64,000 nt of DNA from Macrostomum lignano. Lineage: Eukaryota. Position 1 is the first letter of the stretch. Each line of letters opens with the position of its first letter. The DNA is taken from assembly GCA_002269645.1 (NCBI GenBank), contig NIVC01002967.1, forward strand, positions 1 through 64,000. The letters are read 5' to 3'. The notes beneath the pieces are model-generated. The model made no database searches. It was not told the DNA's origin and saw nothing but the letters and a program-made list of their open reading frames with translations. Below, in pieces: positions 45,834-58,735 of this stretch. A program made the position numbers and the translations under genes.

Positions 45834-48800
45834 AAGGCAACATTTGGCGATTTCGAAGAAGAAGTTGAGTTTCTACTATGTGACGCAGATGTAGACAATG
45901 TAATAGGTGTGGCGTTTGTCCAAAAATATTGTACTACTATCGACTTCGATGCAGGATTGCTAACCATGAAACAAGGAACTAGAATTCCGCTTCGATCAAC
46001 CAGAGCTAAGCCTCAGGTTAGGAGAATCTATGTCGCAGAAAAGACGACAGTTCCAGCCAATAGTTCAGGATTAGTCAAAGTCAGATTAGCAGCAGGTAGT
46101 GAAAATAATTTCGGAGTGCCATCAGTTGTTGAGCCACTCAGATCAGGATTAAAGACTAGAGCAGAGAAGGTAACGGTAGTGCCAAGTTTATTAACTCTAA
46201 GACAAGGGGAAGCTTATTTAGAAGTGATCAACACCAGTTCACAGGAAGCTAGAGTACCAGCATCAGCATTAGTAGGGATGGCTAAACCGCTTTTAACTAG
46301 CGAGCTTAACTATCTCAAGGAACAGCCAGAAGAAGAGCAGAATGGGAACATGCAGTCTTGCGGAAGCAGAGAAAAGATCAGTCAGGTACAGGACAAGTCA
46401 GAAGACTGGATTAGTGAGATTAACATAGGAACTGAACTGACTCAGGAACAGAGACAAAAGGTGATCGAGGTCGTCAAGGAACATTCAGCAGCTTTCTCGC
46501 AGCACGAGTTAGACTTAGGCAGAACGCATTTAGTCACTCACGAGATTATCTTGAAGGACAACAACCCAGTTCAGATACCAGCTAGGAAGATTCCACCTCA
46601 TTGGATCAAGGAGGTAGATAAGCAGTTAGATCTCATGTTGGCTAGAGGCATCATTAGGCCTAGTTACTCGCAGTACTCGACTCCATTAGTCATAGTACCT
46701 AAGAAAGACGGTTCGCTGAGATTAGTTAACGACTATCGAGCACTAAATAACAAATCGGAGTACTTTCCGTATTCAATAACTAATATCAATGAAACATTCT
46801 CATGTCTCCATGGAGCCAGTTAATTTTCTACGTTAGATCTATTTTCGGGATATTATCAGATAGCTCTTAGGGAAGAAGATAAGTGCAAGACTAGCTTTCC
46901 AACTTTACATCGAGGCTCGTTTGAGTACGAAGTATTACCAATGGGATTGCAAGGAGCTCCAGGAAATTTTCAAAGGTGCATGAACTTAGTTCTTAAGGAC
47001 ATTGCACAGAAGTTCACCATAGCTTACTTAAATGATGTAATAGTTTATAGTACAGATTTCGAAGCCCATCTAGAACACCTGAAAGAAGTGCTCAAGAGAC
47101 TAATCCAAACTAACATGAAACTAAAGGCTAAGAAATGTCACCTTTTCAAATCAGAGCTACAATATCTAGGACACGTCATAGGCAACACAGGAATTAAAAG
47201 AGATGCGTCGAAACTAGAAGCAATTAGGAACTGGCCGAAACCTAAATCTGTGACAGAGCTTCGAAGTTTTCTCGGACTCTGTAATTACTATAGAAAATTC
47301 GTTAGAGATTTTGCCGAGGTAGCAGCACCACTCTGTGAGTTGACCAAGAAGAACATCAAATGTATCCAGGACAAATGGACCAGGATTCATGATGAATGCT
47401 TCGAGCTGTTGAAGGAACGGATGTGTTCCGAAGAAGTGCTTGCTTACCCAGAGTTTAATACAGACCCCCAAGTTTATTTTGTGTTAGACACTGATGCATC
47501 AGATGTCAGAATTGGGGCGGTCTTGAATCAAGTTCAGAGCGACGGCATAGAAAGGCCGATCGCGTATTATAGTCGGAAGATGAGGCAGTCAGAAACTAGA
47601 TATCCGATTACGAGGAAGGAGCTTCTAGCGATTGTTGACTCGCTGAAGTACTTTAGATTTTACCTCGTAGGACTGATCACAATGCCCTAACCTGGTTGCT
47701 TCGCCAAACCGAACAGACAGGCATTTTAGGTCGTTGGATCGAAAGACTTTCCGAATTTGATTTTGAGATAGAACATAGAAGTGGCCCTAAACTTGTGAAT
47801 GCTGACGCTCTATCCAGGATCCCTGATCCTCAACCGGAAGAGATGTCCCCACATGCCAGGTCGCTAAGCTGTAGGGCAACTGTGAATACAGACCCAGTAT
47901 CAGCTTTTACTGTCAGCTCAGGCAATTCCGCGTTCGCTGAAACCTGTAGCTCGAGCAGTGGAGTTCCGTCATGCTGTTCGTCACAAGACACTGTCACGAA
48001 CCGACACAATACTCCGATCTTTAGTAGCAGTAGGCTAGACAATAGACAGGGACAGGAGCCTAAAACCGGAAATCCGCCTGCATCCAATGCCCTGCTCAGT
48101 GACTATCTCCGTAGCCAGTTCGCCGTGACCAATTGATCGCAGCACAGTTAGCCGATCCGGCGGTAGGCTTTGTTAGAAATTTAATTGAGAATGACTCGCC
48201 TAAACCGACATTTCAAGAACGACTAGAGTTAACCCACGACTGTAGGAACCTCATAGGTTACTACGAGTTGCTCAGAATTGAGGACGGTGTACTCAAGGTA
48301 GACTTATCTATGGGGCAGACTGATCCAAAGGTAGTGTTGCCCAAGTCTCTGGATAGTGAAGTCTTTCACCAATTCCATGATTCACCGTTAGCGGGACACC
48401 TAGGTCGAGATAAAACTTATCAGAGAATTAAAATTCGATTTTGGAGGCCAGGATTAGCAACAGCAGTTGAACGCTACGTAGCCAAATGTAAATCATGCCT
48501 AGAAAGTAAGACTAGACGAAGAATTAGGGCACCGATTCAGAACTATCCTGTAGTCGAACCGTTCGGTAGATTACACATAGATCTGATAGGACCTATTGGC
48601 CAAACTAGCAAATCAGGAAACAAATATGTACTTTCAGTCATAGACAGCACTAGCAAATTTCCATTCGCATTCGCAATTAGGAATCAGAAGGCTAAAACAG
48701 TTATAAAAATTCTACAAGAACGAGTTTTCGCTGATTTTGGGATTCCACAATGGATTCACACAGACCAGGGAACACAGTTCACTGGTAGGGCCTTTAAGAA

Positions 48801-50025
48801 ATTTTTAGACCTCTATGGCATTAGACACACTCGAACCACTAGTTATCATCCGCAGAGCAATGGCTTAGTAGAAAACCTTAATAAGCAGATTAAATCAATT
48901 CTCACCTGTTTACTGGAGAAGGAGCATTCCAACAGGGACGTTCTGTTGCCAGGTTGCATAACAGCTCTGAGAACCAGCACGCACACTGCCACAGGATTTA
49001 GTCCGCACTATTTAGTCTTTGGACGAGAGGCTAGAATGCCCTGTGACAATGAGCTGAACGAGCCGAAACAGTTTCAGGATTTGCCATCTTATGTCCAGGA
49101 ACACCAGCAGAATCTGCAGGAAGGCCAAGAACTAGCAAGAAAGAGATTAAAATTAGTGCAGCAAAACCGTGAGCAGGAGTACTATAATAAGCCTAAGCCG
49201 AAAATATTGCCTGTAGGAAGCTTAGTATTTATCAATAATCCAGTAATTGCTAACACAGAGGCTAACAAATTTCACAAAAACAAAGGGCAGTTTACGAAAT
49301 TGTAGAACAATTATCAGAAGTAGTCTTTAGGATTAGGCCAGTTACACAAAATAAGAAGGCAAGGAAGGAAGAACTTATTATGCATAGAGACAATTTAATG
49401 AAAGTACCGCAAGCAGATTATCAGGAAGAAGAAGCTAGTACTAAGCCAAAAGAACATAAGAAGCAGTACAATAAGGAACAGATAGCCAATAGTCAGCCGA
49501 ATGTGTACAATGACTCAGAAATTGAAGACGAGTACGAAGACGCAGTGCAGTTTATGCCAGTCCAACATCAAAATAATGAGCAGTTTATGCCAGTGCACCA
49601 TCAAAATAATGAGCAGTTTATGCCAGTGCAACATCAAAATAATGAGCAGTTTATGCCAGTGCAAAATCAAAATAATGTGCAGTTAGTGCTAAATCAACAA
49701 GTGCAGCATCAAAATAATATTCAAAATAATTTAGTAGGTGTACAAGGAGTTATGCCAGTACAATTAAATAACAATAATAATCTAGGGATTATTTTAGAAA
49801 CTGGGCCAGCGAGAGAGCGTCATGCTCCAGATAGATTAACAGTCAGGCCAAATCAGAAAAGTTATGTGCAGAGGATAGCGAAGTTGTTTAACCCATTTAA
49901 CCTCTTGCAGCCCAATTCTCAATAGCTATGGCCGATACCCCAATCCGCGTTTATCCGGAAAAACGATTTATGGCCAACGAAGAAGACAGGCAGAAAATGA
50001 GCCCCCAAGGATTAGGGCCATACAA

Positions 50026-50742
50026 TTGGCAGAACAAGGCGAATGCAAGAGGCGGAAATTAGAGCAGCCGGACAAGAGCGAAGGAAAGTTAATCGTGAAC
50101 GTAGAATTGGAAGAACTGGAAAGGGCGACTAGACGGAAGGAGGAAGAATTTAGGGACGAGATGGCGCAATTCATGGAAGAAATACGGCAACAGGAAGAAG
50201 GGGTGGAACCCATTGATGAGCAGGAAGAGGCGGCCGCGGAAGAACCAAATCACCAGCCGGAGCAGTGTCCATCCGAGCAATGCCAGGCAGGGCAAGGCCA
50301 GCCTGAGTCTACGCTCATCGATTACGCTACATTGCTCAGGGCAGATCTGGGTGATACGCCGGCTCCTGAAGAGACCAACGCCGAACGGCCGGATAGTCCC
50401 GGAACGCAGGCGCGGAAATTCCGCGAATGCCATCGCGCCTTGAAACGGGCTATCCTGGCTACAGGGAAAACAGGACGATTCGAGGCGCAGCTACCGGACG
50501 CGTGCGTCCAGTTCTTGGCCACGGCGACCCCAGAGGAAGCAGTCCGATGCTTCGAGATTGCCTGCTCATACTGTTTACAGTACGCCGAAGGGAGAGCGCG
50601 GGGACCGACCAATATGAGAGCGACTACTAAGCAGCTGGAGTTTTTCGCTAGACAATTCGACCCTACTCACCAGATGATCCTGATAAACGGATTACTGTAT
50701 CTATCTACTCAAAACACCCAAAATCTCCGGCCAATCAATTAG
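50026..50742 (+). CDS. Extra ORF between pol and PPT of the Gypsy element, unknown function
   Basis: 238 aa without stops; acidic N-half, helical C-half; not env-like. Confidence 0.5.
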   Translation: MAEQGECKRRKLEQPDKSEGKLIVNVELEELERATRRKEEEFRDEMAQFMEEIRQQEEGVEPIDEQEEAAAEEPNHQPEQCPSEQCQAGQGQPESTLIDYATLLRADLGDTPAPEETNAERPDSPGTQARKFRECHRALKRAILATGKTGRFEAQLPDACVQFLATATPEEAVRCFEIACSYCLQYAEGRARGPTNMRATTKQLEFFARQFDPTHQMILINGLLYLSTQNTQNLRPIN

Positions 50743-51429
50743 GTAAGATAGAGAACTTAGCCAACTAATGACTCTTTAAGCTCAATTACACATAATCGAT
50801 GACATCTTTTATTTTACCATCTTTTGGAGTAGAATCGGAGTAAACTTGCCAAATTATTTTACCGCTTTTTTGCACTGCATTTTCTTTTCTTTTCTTTGTT
50901 GTATACACTTGCCAATCATTTTTTGTCCTTTTAGTTCAATTTGCTATAAACTCAATTTATCATATTCAGCCATTTAATAGTGCAATTGTTCATGTTAACG
51001 GTGCATATCATAATTAACATGTTCAACATTTAATCCAGGTCGTAATAATACAGTTCTGCATGCCATTAATCAACCGCATATTTCAACTTTTAATCCCATT
51101 ACTTTTACGACTCGGCATACCAGTAACTTCCCACTTGATATACGTGTATTCTTATTACAGTAGCTTATATCGCTGATAAAGCAATATTACTTATTAAATT
51201 TCGTTAAATATATATAATATCAATGTACAAAAGGGGTTTTGCACATTTGTTTAGCGAGGGGGAGGTGTAATAGGGCAGTTTTTAGGAACGGGAATTAATG
51301 CGGGTTCAAATATGCTTTTTGCCTACTATCAGTAGTTTCAACCCGGGGAAATAATTAGAGCAGGGGTAAGTAGCTAAAATTGGGGTTCCTTTAGAACTAC
51401 AGAGCAGTCGGGCTCTTTGGAAAGCAAAA

Positions 51430-54400
51430 TGTGGGATGGCGACTTACCTGGCGTTGGCATCGGCTTCTGCGTCGGCTCTCTGCGGCGACTTCGGCGCGAC
51501 TTCGGCGGCTTCAGCGACTCCGGGCGTCGTCTTCGTCTGCGACTCGGCGGCTGCGGCTTCGGCGGCTTCGGCGGTCTGGTGCTCGGCGGGTGCGGCGGCG
51601 GTTCCTGCTTGTCTGCGGCGGCTGCGGCGTCGGCGGCGCGGCTGGGCGGCGGCGGCGGCGGCGCCAGGCACCTCGCGCAGGTCTGCAGCTCAGCGCCAGG
51701 CTCCCCCGAGTTATAGAATTTAGTGTGTAGTAATCACTTAGGGTCTTTTCTTGTATTTTGGTAGCTATCCACTACTATTAGTAGGCCTATTTGCTTTATA
51801 CTATTAATTCAGTTTTATTAGTTTTAAAATAATAGTTTTAATAGCCTACTGTTTCAAGGCTTTTTTTGTAATCTTTTAGTAATAGCAATTAATTTCAATG
51901 GAAGTAGAAGCCAACAGCAAAAGAAGCGCGTCAAGGGACACCGATTCACCTCCGGTCTGCAACAAAAAGGCTAACAACCGGTCTTCTTCCGGTCCAGACC
52001 AAAGGTCCTGACCTGTGGCCTCCAGTAATGCGACGACTTGTGTGCAAACAGTGACCGAAGAACCTCAGGTGGTCAACGTCGGTGAAAACCAGCCTGTAAT
52101 GAGTAGTGAATTAGCAGACACAGGGAAAACGACAAGAATGCAATTTAGTCTACCAAGTCCAGATCTCACTGATAACAAAACTAGCTATCCACTTAGCAAC
52201 TGCAAAATTAGATACTTAACCAAATTAACCATTTGGTTAATTAACCATTATTAATTATTAACCATTATTAACCATTAACAATTAACCAAAATCTCGCCTG
52301 TAGTATTTGAAATGCCTGTTGAGGCCAAAAATCCAATTAAATTTGAAAGTTTTTTAAAAGCCAACTTTCCGAACACTCGCATCGTGTCGGTAAAAGAGCT
52401 GTACCATAGCTCTGGATACTATGTATTCACTAACTCACCAAGCGACATGAACAGCTTACTAACATCTACATTAAAAGTCACTGAAATAAACGGGCACTCT
52501 GTCACTAGGCGCCTGCCGTCGAATAGGCCACTGCACCAAGGTGATGATCGGCTGCGAAAGCCTCTCAAGTCGCCGCAGGTCCGTTCCTTCATCGTCAAAG
52601 GCGTTCCTCTAGCCGTGGAAGCTGAGGAACTGCTTCAATACCTAGACGAGAACCAAGCACATCTACAATTTGATGGTGCGGCACGCATTATTTCTAAGGC
52701 CTCAGGCCAACCGACACAGCTAATTAGAATGTTCACGAAATCTAGGGCTACGTATGACACCTGCCTGGAGAACGGCATTAGGCTGGGGGCGCTAAAATTC
52801 CGGTGCGAAGAATCGCACAATCTTCCACCGGTTAAGGAGATCCAGTGCCAAAGGTGCCAAGGCCTCGGGCACACTGAAAGCAGGTGCAACGCCGGCTTCG
52901 TTTGCAACAAATGTGCCGGGGCGCACTATTCCGGTGACTGCCCGAAGGACACGGGTTTCAAGTGTGCGAATTGTGGAGGTGAACACCCGGCCTTCTCCTA
53001 CAAATGCCCAGCGGTACAGCACGCTAATGAGAGGGCAACTGAGAGAGAGCACCACAGGGTTCAAACTCTAAAATTAAAACTAGAACAGTCTAGAAAAGTA
53101 GAACATACCCAGACATTAGTTGAGACAGACTTTTGGCATGCCTGGCCCCACATCATATGCGGAGGCTGTCAATAAGGCGCCAACTCTAGGACCAATCGCG
53201 TATGAGAACAAAGCGTCCAAAGCCGCTGCCGCCACTGCCGCCGTCCAATCAGCAGTGCCGCCTACAGCTGTTGCTGCCGCTTCTGTCCAATCAGCATTGC
53301 CAACTGCTGCTGCTGCTGCCGCTGCCGCCCAACCAACAGCGCCGCTTGATACCTCAGCTTCCACGATCAATCCAAGCAAGGCTGATCCAACTAACTCTGA
53401 TAATGCCGCCACTTCTGCTGGAAACGGTGAGAGGGGCTTCACTCAGGGGGACGTGCTCGAGGTAGTTCTCGGGGCACTCAACCGGATCATGGATATCGAG
53501 CCGGGACGTCTGCTCACTGCCTGGGAAGCAAGCCAGCTTGCTATTCGGGTAGTGACGGAGGTCCTGACGACCTTCATGAATCCGGGAAGAGTGCCCGCTG
53601 TCAGGGCAGGTGAAGCCAAAGCCACTTCGGTGAGCGGAGGCAGATCTGAGCCCTGAAGTAAAATTTATTACTACGTTATGGCTTTCGATAACAAATCTCC
53701 CAATAGTGCTCTTAATATAGGACACCTGAACTGTAACAAACTAAGCAATAAAATGCATGAGATTATCATGTGGTTGCACAGTGATGATATTGACATTGGT
53801 CTATTCTCAGAAACTGATCTTAAAAACTATAACAAGTTTTACGTTCAAGGATATGCCATTATCAGGTATGACACTCCTGACTGTAGAAGGGGACTGGCTA
53901 TCGTCTACAAAAATACTCTAAAAATCTCAAATGCTTATAAATATTATGACAATTCTCACCATGAGCTTGTCAGCCTCGATGTCACTCCCAATAATAATCC
54001 ATGTAGCACCTTTAAGATCTCCCTTCTCTACAGAGCCCCCAACCCTGACAACATCAGCATTGCTTTGCTTGAGCAGCTGCTCTCTCAACCCAGATCCTTA
54101 ATTATTGGTGATCTCAACTGTAGACACGCTATGCTAGGTGGAGATAGTGTAGATAACTACCCGGGCAAACAGCTGTATGAATGGCTCGACAATCACCCGA
54201 ACCCCCTTTTATCCTTAATTCCTTTGGTGAATGCACCAGGATTTATAATAGAGGGGGCAACACGATTGGTAATGTCCTAGATCTAGGAATTTGTTCTCCT
54301 GACTTTATTAACTCTGTCAGTTATGTCCTTGTGGGCGACGACCTCGACAGTGACCACCTACCTATTATCATTAGGGTCTATATTGACCCCAGTTCCAAAG

Positions 54401-55772
54401 TTAAACCCAGGCCTCCTAAGAGTTTTTGGCATACTGATTGGGAGACATTTAAGTATACTCTTCAAGATAAGCTAGAAAACTGTAGCATGATTTGTTCCCG
54501 AATCTCTACACCCAAGGATCTAGACAACGCGGTTGACAAGCTTACGGAAAAAATACATGAAACAATTGAAGAGGTGGTCCCAGATAGAGACCGAGGGAAC
54601 AACTACCTCCAGACATCGAAGAAAAAATCAAGAACAGAAGAAAGCTTCGAAAACTTTTTAAAAAACCAGAATTGACGCTTTTAGAGTACAGGCAAATCAA
54701 GCTGCTAAAGAAATTAGAAATGCTATTAGAATGCATAGGTATAGAAAATTTGAGAATTTATGTCAGAAAATTGCTAAAACTAGCTATAGGAAAGAACCGC
54801 GTCAATTTTGGATTGACATCAAGAAAATGACCGGACAATCCATTAAACCAGTCTCTTTCCCTACCATTAGCTACAAAGGGGTGACTGCTGAAACTGAGCA
54901 AGAAACTGCAAATTTGTTTCAAAACTTCCTCGAGGACCAAATGCAGCCTCACCCGGACACCAATTCCTTTCTCTACAAAAAGGTCATTTCAAAGGAAAAT
55001 CATGAGAATTTCCGGCCCCATGACTGCACGGTCAGAGCTCTGACCTACCACAGAGATAGGGCTGACCTTGAAGATCTTGACAAGGAAGATATAGAATCTG
55101 ACATCCTCAACATCCTAGATATTGATGTCCTCATGGAAACTAGAAATCTGAGATCTGGAGGAGCCCCTGGCCCTGACCAGATCCCAAATATTGTCCTCAA
55201 ACGGGGGCTTAGTCCGGACTCTGTTAGATTCATCGCAAAAATTTTCAATTCAAGCTTTCTTCTGGGCTATTTTCCCAAGGCCTGGAAGCGGGCAACCATC
55301 AAAATGATTCCTAAACCTAAGAAATCAAGGCACGAAATCAACAACTACAGACCAATCAGCTTAACCTCCTGCTTGGGTAAACTTTATGAAAAGATTATTG
55401 CTAGGAATCTTAGAATTATCTTAGAAAACAAGGGTATTATAAATGAAGACCAATGTGCGTACAGACAAGATCACTGTACGTTTGACAACATTGTGCGACT
55501 CACAGACGATATACTAAAAATAAAGCAATGGAGACATGTGTCACTAGGAGTCTTCTTTGACGTCAAAGGTGCCTTCGACGGTGTCTGGCACAGCTACCTC
55601 AGGTATCGTTCCCTGGAGAGTGACCTGCCACACAACATGATCAGGACGTTGTCCAGCTACCTAGAAGATAGGGAAATCTCCATCCAGGCTGGGGGGGCGA
55701 TCAGCAAAGGGTTCAAGCCCGCTGCAGGCGTTCCTCAGGGTGGTGTCCTCTCACCGCTGCTCTTCATCATAA
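51430..55772 (+). mobile_element. Jockey/I-like LINE (5' UTR, ORF1, APE, RT to domain 4), 3'-truncated
   Basis: ORF1 with CQRCQGLGH/CNKCAGAH/CANCGGEH; APE HLNC, SET, GDLN, SDH; RT stops right after GVPQGGVLSPLLFII. Confidence 0.92.
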
Positions 55773-56900
55773 TGTCAGTACGATTCCTTGAAGTTGACCT
55801 TGAATATACAGAGGAGTGTAAGAAAGCTACAAGTAAATATTTACTGGCTCCTGAGAAACGAACAACTAGATTTGAGGATTAATCTAACATACAGAAGCAA
55901 TACCTCGAAGTCGAAAAGAAAAAGTTTGTCCAGTCAAAGTTGATGTTGACATTTTACAACAAGGAGAAATATGTTTTACATCACAGACTATTTGAGTTTT
56001 ATGAGAAGATGGGCATGCGAGTTAGGAGAGTTCATAGAATTATTTCATTCAAAGAATCAAACTGGTTGAGTAAATACATCGAATTTAATACCAGGCGGAG
56101 AATGGAAGCAAAAACTAAATTTGAGAAAGACCTGTGGAAACTACTAAACAACTCATTCTACGGTAAAACAATCGAAAATGTAAAGAATAGGTCGAACTTT
56201 CATCTTGTAGCTGAAGAAAAAACTGCAAGGCGTTATTTTTCTAAACCAAATTTCAAAGATTTCATTATGTTTAGTGAGGATGCGGTTGGTATCCAAATGT
56301 ACAAAAAGACAATTGCGTGTGACAAGCCAATTTATTTAGGAATGGCTATTCTGGATTATGCAAAAATGCTAATGTACGATTGCTATTACAATGTTATTGA
56401 GAAGAATTGGAACAGCTGTCAGTTGCACTATTCTGATTGTGATTCTCTGATATTCTCAGTGATTACTCAGGATGTTTATGAGGATCTTGAAAAAATTAAA
56501 GAACACTTAGACACATCGGATTATCCAACAGAGCATCCACTATACTCCGAGACGAACAAGAAAGTCATTGGAAAGTTGAAAGATACAATGAATGGCTCAA
56601 TAATTTCCGAAGCTGTATTCCTGCGGTCAAAGGAGTATGCTTTGACTACAGTTTCAGGGGAGCGTGTTAAGATCAAGGGAGTTGATAAAAGCAGTACAAA
56701 TATAAAGTTTGAAAATTTAAAAACATACTATTGACAGATTACAAAGATATTCAAAGAGGTAGAGTAAGCATGACTGTATCTGAAAAAAATAATATATATA
56801 TTCGTGATATTATGAAACAAACAAAGAGTCCTTTAGATGATAAAAGATATTATTTGGATCCTAGAAGATCCATCCCTCATCAGCCAATTCAATCGCATTG
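55773..56900 (+). pseudogene. Protein-primed PolB C-terminal half (Polinton type), decayed
   Basis: LEVDLEY, KYVLHHR, YIEFNTRRR, KLLNNSFYGK, KPIYLGMAILD, YSDCDS (variant of YxDTDS), FLRSKEY, KIKGV, and shifted SPLDDKRY. Confidence 0.93.
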
Positions 56901-57071
56901 ATAACATCTTCGTTTATTTTTTCACACAGTAAAACAGAACATTTCTAGTTTCTTGCTGTTTACCATCTATCCTACGCCTATATCTATCCTTATAATACTT
57001 ACAATAGTCATTGTGATTCTTAAAGAAATCTGTTATGTATTGTTGTTGGAATTCACGTTTCTCGCGCTGGG

Positions 57072-57800
57072 CTAGAGTCCTATAGTATCTACTCTCTGTT
57101 GCGGCAGTGTAATTTCTCTAACAAGCATAAATGTTTTTTCCTCAGTTTCTAAAAATTCATAATTCTCTTCAAAGAAGTGAGCAAACCAATTGCTATTCTG
57201 TATGAATTCCTTAGTGTTTTCAATAACATTTTGAGATAGATATATTTCACCCCCTGTTTGCTTGATAATTTCTACTAGGTGTTTCATCTCAGCAAACTTA
57301 TATTTATTCTTAAACTCCTCGGTTTTAAGATATGAATCTGCTTTATAAATGTGTTTCTCATGATCAATGATGTCGGTATCTGTTGTATATTTACATAAGT
57401 AATTAATATTTATAATTCGTCTTTTTTCTGCATCTCCAATATTTTGTCTAAAGTCAGGCTTGTTATTACATTCGACTATTAGGGTTGCGTGTAAAACAAC
57501 ATTACACTTGCTTGAATATAAAGTTCTAGCTTGAATAACTCCTCCACCAGTTAGTAATTTTATTGATGCATTGTTCAAGACACCACTTACTTCTTGACTG
57601 ATAACCAACCTCTTTTTATTAATTTGTGCTAGGGCTGGTTTTGGCCTGTCTATTCTTATTGGTGAATTCAAAACATCAGGACTCAGTGGTGCTGCATAAT
57701 CAGATCCTAGAGTTCTAAGAAGTAGGTTGTCCTCAACCCCTTGCCATTTCCACCGGCGCCATCAAACATTATAAAGTTTTCAACATTCTTACCCATTAGA
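57072..57800 (-). pseudogene. D5-like SF3 helicase fragment, frameshifted
   Basis: Walker A FDGAGGNGKG at ~57745-57775, then PALAQINKKRLVISQE...IKLLTGGGVIQARTLY...CNNKP...RRI. Confidence 0.85.
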
Positions 57801-58735
57801 GCTATATATATCTATCTTACTTTAAGTGTCGTTTTTTGCTAGGTGTGAATTTTTTTAGAAACCGCTTTCGGTTATCCTTTCCCACCCAACAGTCGGGCCC
57901 AGCTAACCCCCCTCTGTATATATAGACCCACTTTCACCCCCACCCCACTCCCTGCAAATTTCTTGGAAATACCACCACCCCACCTCCACCCCAATTTTGC
58001 AGAAACGTTTTTTCCAATTTTCAAACTTTTCGTTTTCTGTGATGGAGAATATTCATTTATATTAGTAAATCTGTCGTTTCCAGGGCAACTAAACCATCCT
58101 AGGCTAAAAGTGGTAATTATAGGATCTACTTTGTTTCTATTTCACTAATCATTTTACTACGTACCTGAAATACTTGGCCGAGTGCCAAGTCTATGGGTAG
58201 TAAAATGATTTTACTACGTATCTGAAATAAATACACACCCAGTGTACCCAATTCTTAGGTAGTAATTTCTTTTTGGCCTACAAACAATTTGAGACGCCGA
58301 AAAGGTCTCCACGTAATCAGCGCACAACTGTGTGCACACAAAAAGTACTTCAAGCGTGTCTTATAATGATCCATAAAGTAGCCGTGCTGCCGCTTTCATA
58401 TCATCCGTCCAAACATGGACCCCGATTGGGTCGCAACTAGGGAGGCCCCGCCGCCAAGAGTTATGCCCTTCGTTGCACAGTCGGCGCCGCTCCGAATCGG
58501 TTCGGTCACAGACGCAGTAGCGTGGCAACTTATGGCGCACAACAGGTCTTGGCAGCTTGTACAAGCAGGGTAGCGTTGCACCACAGAGGCGGTGTTTACA
58601 GCAAGTGCGCTGTGCAAACAGCGAAGTGCCACCTGGACGAGGTTTAGATGTAAGTGGCTTGTTAATTTCAAGAAATCCCAAATGCGTAAAAGCAAACATT
58701 ATTATGTAGGTCGTGATGCAAAAAATATAACTTAC

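Larger units (their letters stand above)
43777..51426 (+). mobile_element. Decayed Ty3/Gypsy element: PBS, gag, PR, RT, RH, INT, extra ORF, PPT, 3' LTR start
   Basis: PBS TGGTGGCAGCG (complement of the tRNA-Leu 3' end); CNRCGKLGH, LLDTGS, YLNDVIV (mutated YxDD), DTDASD, HIDLIGP/HTDQG; PPT GAGGGGGAGG at 51256-51265 then TGTAA. Confidence 0.93.
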
